From: Squalus acanthias
Taxonomy: Eukaryota
Direction of reading: 5' to 3'
Assembly: GCA_030390025.1 (NCBI GenBank)
Contig: CM059432.1
Span: 92,444,001 to 92,508,000, forward strand
Length of the DNA stretch: 64,000 bases
Shown: in pieces, positions 59,961 to 64,000 of the stretch
Layout of the letters: each line of letters begins with the position of its first letter
How positions within the stretch are numbered: position 1 is the first letter of the stretch
Notes under the pieces: model-generated
The model's database searches: none
What the model saw: only the letters and a program-made list of their open reading frames with translations
What the model was told of the DNA's origin: nothing
Made by a program: the position numbers and the translations under genes

Positions 59961-61469
59961 GCTAATGTGTTGTGAAAGTTAATCTGGGATGGGACAGAAT
60001 AAGGTAGCTGGGAAGAAATGCTGTTGTATTTATGAGTCCTGATGTGAGGTTGTGGGCAGTGGTGGTGAAACCTGATTTGACGAGGGCATTAAGCATTAAG
60101 GTACATGATTCTATACCTATGGACACAAACCAGAGTGAAACCTCTTTCTGTTTCTGAGGAGAGTGGTATCGGGTTAGGACCTGTATGATCACATACATGC
60201 TATCAATAATGTCCTGCACTTTGGGAAATCCAGACAGATAGTAAAAGTTCAGGGCTCTTTCCTGATGCAATTCCTATATTCCATGATATTCCAAGATGAA
60301 ATTGATGAATTCACTTGGCTGGGCAAATATGTCATCTGTGCCCTGCATGATGTATCTCAGCAACATTATTGATATCTGTTGTTGCTATTTGGAAGGATCC
60401 AGGAGCATAAAAATGCAGGGCAACAGTACCATAACAGTCCTTGACAGAGCTGTCCCTGTCCTGGAAGTGGTTTCTGGGTCTGGCTGCAGAGCACTACAAA
60501 GTTCTGTCAGGGCGTCTTTGGGGAATGCAAATTTCTTGGGATGTTTCCAGCAACAATTGCCCAGGCCTGTATACAGGAGTGGCTGTGTAAGGAGGAGTCC
60601 TACTGGAATGGCTTAAGGTACACATATAACTGGCTTGCACCACTCCTCTGATACCACGCCCCCAGAATCTGCAAACAGAAAGGCGTGATCAGGGGGAATA
60701 CCCACATGACCTATATAATCAGCACACAATGACAGTTCCCTAGGGTAAAAGACACAGACAGCAGATGAGATACAGCTTTAAGAATTTTTGAGTACATTCA
60801 GTTTTGAAAACATTTTAAACAGCAAAGAAGCACAGAGATCAATGCAATCAAACATAGCAGCTAGTGGCAACAGTTACAAAAAATTGAGTATATTTCAGGA
60901 GAAAAGACCCAAGGAGGCAAATCTGCCTGCCATCTAGCATCTGTTTTAAATGGGTGCTGAGTGTCCAGAGTGTTGTTCGTGCCCCTCACCACATTCTGAG
61001 TCTATGACCTCATTATCATATATTTGGCAACCTTAACGAGCCTAACACAACAAGCGCATTGGTCTTCACTGACAGAGTGCTCCTCAGTACATTATACAGT
61101 GTATGCAGCCAGGCACTGAGCAGGCCTCAGGCCTCAGCATCCAATGCACAGCAGCACAAACATAGCACTGTATTTATCAGCTCTGGTTTTGCTATTCAGG
61201 GCAGCTTCAACCATGAAGCTGTTCAACAAAGTGTTGCTGTTGTCACAAATAACTTGAGGGAAAAACTTTTTTTTTATCTTTGTTGGTGAGTTGGTTCGTA
61301 GGAACTACTTAGGGGCATTTTGTTTGCCAAGCACAATCTGGCATTGTTTTCCATCATCTAGCGATAGTGGTTATTTTTTCAATCTTACCTACTGCTGATG
61401 CAAAATTTGTTGAATATTGGTTAGATCTGGATGTGAGCACAACATTATTTAGAGACTAAAGCATAATAC

Positions 61470-61560
61470 TGCGGATACTGGAAATCTAAAATAAAAACAG
61501 AAAACGCTGGAAACACTCAGCCGGTCAGGCAGCATCTGTGGAGAGAGAAACAGAGTTAAT
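61470..61560 (-). mobile_element. Penelope pLTR fragment
   Basis: CAGCATCTGTGGAGAGAGAAACAGAGTTAA, the reverse complement of the 21245-21300 type. Confidence 0.7.
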
Positions 61561-61561
61561 G

Positions 61562-62680
61562 AGGGGAATTTTAATCTGGAAGAGCGCATGGGTTTTGGTG
61601 CAGATAGGGGGTTAAAACTGATAAAAATGACAGCGCGTCTGGAAGCCGGCTCCAACCCGATGACTTCCGGGTTTAACTCGAGTGTGTTAGGCTACTTGCG
61701 CGCAACCCCTCGAGTGAGGCGGGTCGCCTATTAACATATGTTAATCGCTCAATTAGAGCTATATTTCAACTCACTTTCAAATTTAACAGCGCATCCACAG
61801 GTTTCCTGGGCTTCCTGAAAGTCGCCAGTGAAAGGAAAGGAGAACACAACAGCAATTGAGGGAGCTGAATCAAACTCATGGAAATACGGCAATAAATAAA
61901 AGCTTTCTTACCAGCACATGAGAAAGCATCTGTTCACAGTACTTTTGCTGAGAGGTTACTTTCTCAATCACATCAGGATGGGTGGCACTATGGCTGCCTT
62001 AGATTGGACCTCAGACGAGGACTAATATGACCAGCACCAGCAGCAGCCTGCTCATCAGAGACCTGTAGCTGGACAGCAGAGAGGGGAGCTGCAGAGAGGG
62101 GAGCAGCAGAGGGGTGCAGCTTGCAGGAGGCACTACCCGCAAAATAGGGTCTACATTCAGAGGCTGAGCTTGCTTGACATGTCTGACCAGCAGTGTCTCA
62201 GGAGGCTCAGGTTGTTGCATCAGGTGGTGGCAGACATCTGCAGCCTCCTAGAAGAGGACCTGCTCCCTGCTGGACCTGATGGCCATGCGTTACCAGTGGC
62301 TGTCAAATTCACCACCACCCTCTAACATTTTGCCACCGGATACTTCCAGGGCTCTGCTGGAGACATATCCAGGATCTCCCAGTCAGCGGCCCACAAATGC
62401 ATAAGACAGGTGGCTGATGGGTTGTTTGCCAGGACCGGGAATTATGTCAACTTTACCTGCGATGACGCCAGTCAGAATGAGTGGGCGCTCGGATTTGTGG
62501 CTCTGGCTGGCGTTCCACAGGTGCACGGCGTCATTGACTGTACACAAGTGGCAATCTGGGCACCCCCCAGATCACCCAGGAGTATTCATCAACCGCAAGG
62601 GCTTCCACTCCATCAATGTGCAGCTGTTGTGCAACCACAAAAAGATATTTCTGCAGTTTTCACCGTCTTTTTCTGGTGCT
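61562..62680 (+). mobile_element. Harbinger element 5' part with degenerate transposase (~61978-62670)
   Basis: GVPQVHGVIDCT, INRKGFHSINVQLLC and a Gln-rich N-terminus, homologous to 3767-4920. Left end GGGGAATTTTAA. Confidence 0.85.
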
Positions 62681-62689
62681 AATCCGTAA

Positions 62690-62792
62690 CTATGAGTTTT
62701 TTTTAAGTTCAATTCCACAACTTGCCATGGTGGGTTTTAAACTCATGACCTCTGAGTTGCTAGCCCAGTACCATACCCACAAGGCAACCATG
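62690..62792 (-). mobile_element. tRNA-derived SINE head related to the Zenon-like LINE 5' end
   Basis: Minus: GTACTGGGCTAGCAACTCAGAGGTCATGAGTTTAAAACCCACCATGGC..GGAATTGAA. Confidence 0.55.
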
Positions 62793-63099
62793 TGAGGATC
62801 TGCATTCAAAAGGAGCAAGGAAGATAGGGGTAGCAGTTGGTTCGTGCCCGTTTTCAGGCACCGAATCAGCGTTCCACATGCAGCCCCATGCCTGAACACG
62901 TTGGCGCCGTTAAGTAGAGAAATTGGTACCTGTGCCTCATTAACATAGAACAGGCAGGCTGCCAGCACTACTCATGCTGTTCATTGGCTGCTCGCCTAAA
63001 CAGGGCCCAAAAATGATGTCTCCATGACACTATTTAAAGACAGCCTGCACCTGTTAAAGGGGAGGTGCTCTTTGGCTGCTGAACACTGGAACCTGCCGT

Positions 63100-63385
63100 G
63101 GACATTTCAGACTTGCCTGAAACAGGTGCTGTGAGGGCCTCCAGGTTCTCAGATGCTGGACTGGGGGTCCCAGTGGAAGTGGTCCACCGAAGGATTGAGG
63201 TGCTGTTCCCGCCCGGGGTGGGGGGTGGGGGGAGAGAGGTGGTGGTCAAAGAACATATAGACAAGTGACCAGGGCAGTAGTGGCAAGAGGTGCCAGAGGA
63301 GGTTAATGCCAGGAGCATTGCATCTAGGACCTAGCTGTAATGCCGCAAGAGGTTCAATGATCTCAGCAGGGTTGCTAAGTTGGAT
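63100..63385 (+). pseudogene. Harbinger Myb/SANT gene first-exon remnant
   Basis: RASRFSDAGL..IEVLFP..WQEVPEEVNARS..CRKRFNDLSR, with stops. Confidence 0.7.
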
Positions 63386-63734
63386 TCCTAACTCAGATTT
63401 CGCATGATTCGCTCCTCAGCTTAGCACGATCTGTAGCCCAACTACTCACTGGCCTTCGCTCCCCTACTTCCCTTCACTCTCCTGCATTCACTGCACCACA
63501 CTTCACTCCACCTCCTTCTGCTACTACTCACATACACCACAGCTGCTTATCTCCTCGCTATTTCTTCCTGCACTTCCCCACAGTTCTACCACCGTGGAGG
63601 CAGAAGCAAGTAGCTGCATAATTAAGGGAATTTAGAGAGATGTAGATACAGAACAAACAGGAGGAAATTGGTAAACGGTACCTCCATATTTTATTGCTTT
63701 ACAATCTTTGACTGAGGTTTAAGGACTTGAAAAG

Positions 63735-64000
63735 GACTTGCATTTATATAGCACATTTCACAACCTTAGGATGTTCCAAAGCAGTTTGTAGCCAATGAAG
63801 TACTCTTGGAGTGTAGTATCTGTTGTAATGTATAGAATTGCAGCAATCAATTTGCACACAGGAAGCTGCCACAAACTGCAATGAGATACGTGACCAGATA
63901 ATTGTGTTTTTAGTGATGTTGATTGAGGGATAAATACTGGTTAGGACACCGGGGAGAACTTCCCTGCTCTTCTTCAAATAGTGCCATGGGGCCTTTTACA
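63735..64000 (-). mobile_element. SacSINE1-like Deu-SINE running off the window end
   Basis: Colinear with 37345-37620. Confidence 0.8.

Overview
Eukaryotic, repeat-rich vertebrate DNA. The HE1-type V-SINEs, SacSINE1-like Deu-SINEs and HER1-like CR1 LINEs suggest a cartilaginous fish (inference). The only host gene is a complete five-exon hey1 on the minus strand (CDS 49694->47344, 303 aa), with a CpG-rich promoter carrying RBPJ sites. The rest is layered transposon debris: CR1, CR1-Zenon-like, L2, RTE and Penelope retroelements, PIF/Harbinger elements and MITEs, and a hAT MITE. There is also a ~6.8 kb deleted endogenous retrovirus (23270-~30100, minus). Three observations stand out. (1) The ERV is a mosaic: a second, non-gamma-type env-like gene with its own PPT and LTR start sits inside pol, upstream of an intact gamma-type TM env. 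(2) Two ~210-bp fold-back Penelope-derived elements carry head-to-head minimal hammerhead ribozyme cores and flanking direct repeats. (3) An apparently full-length Zenon-like LINE has no ORF1 and starts with a tRNA-like head. Repeat boundaries are approximate unless a TSD is given. Family names come from motif recognition, not database searches.
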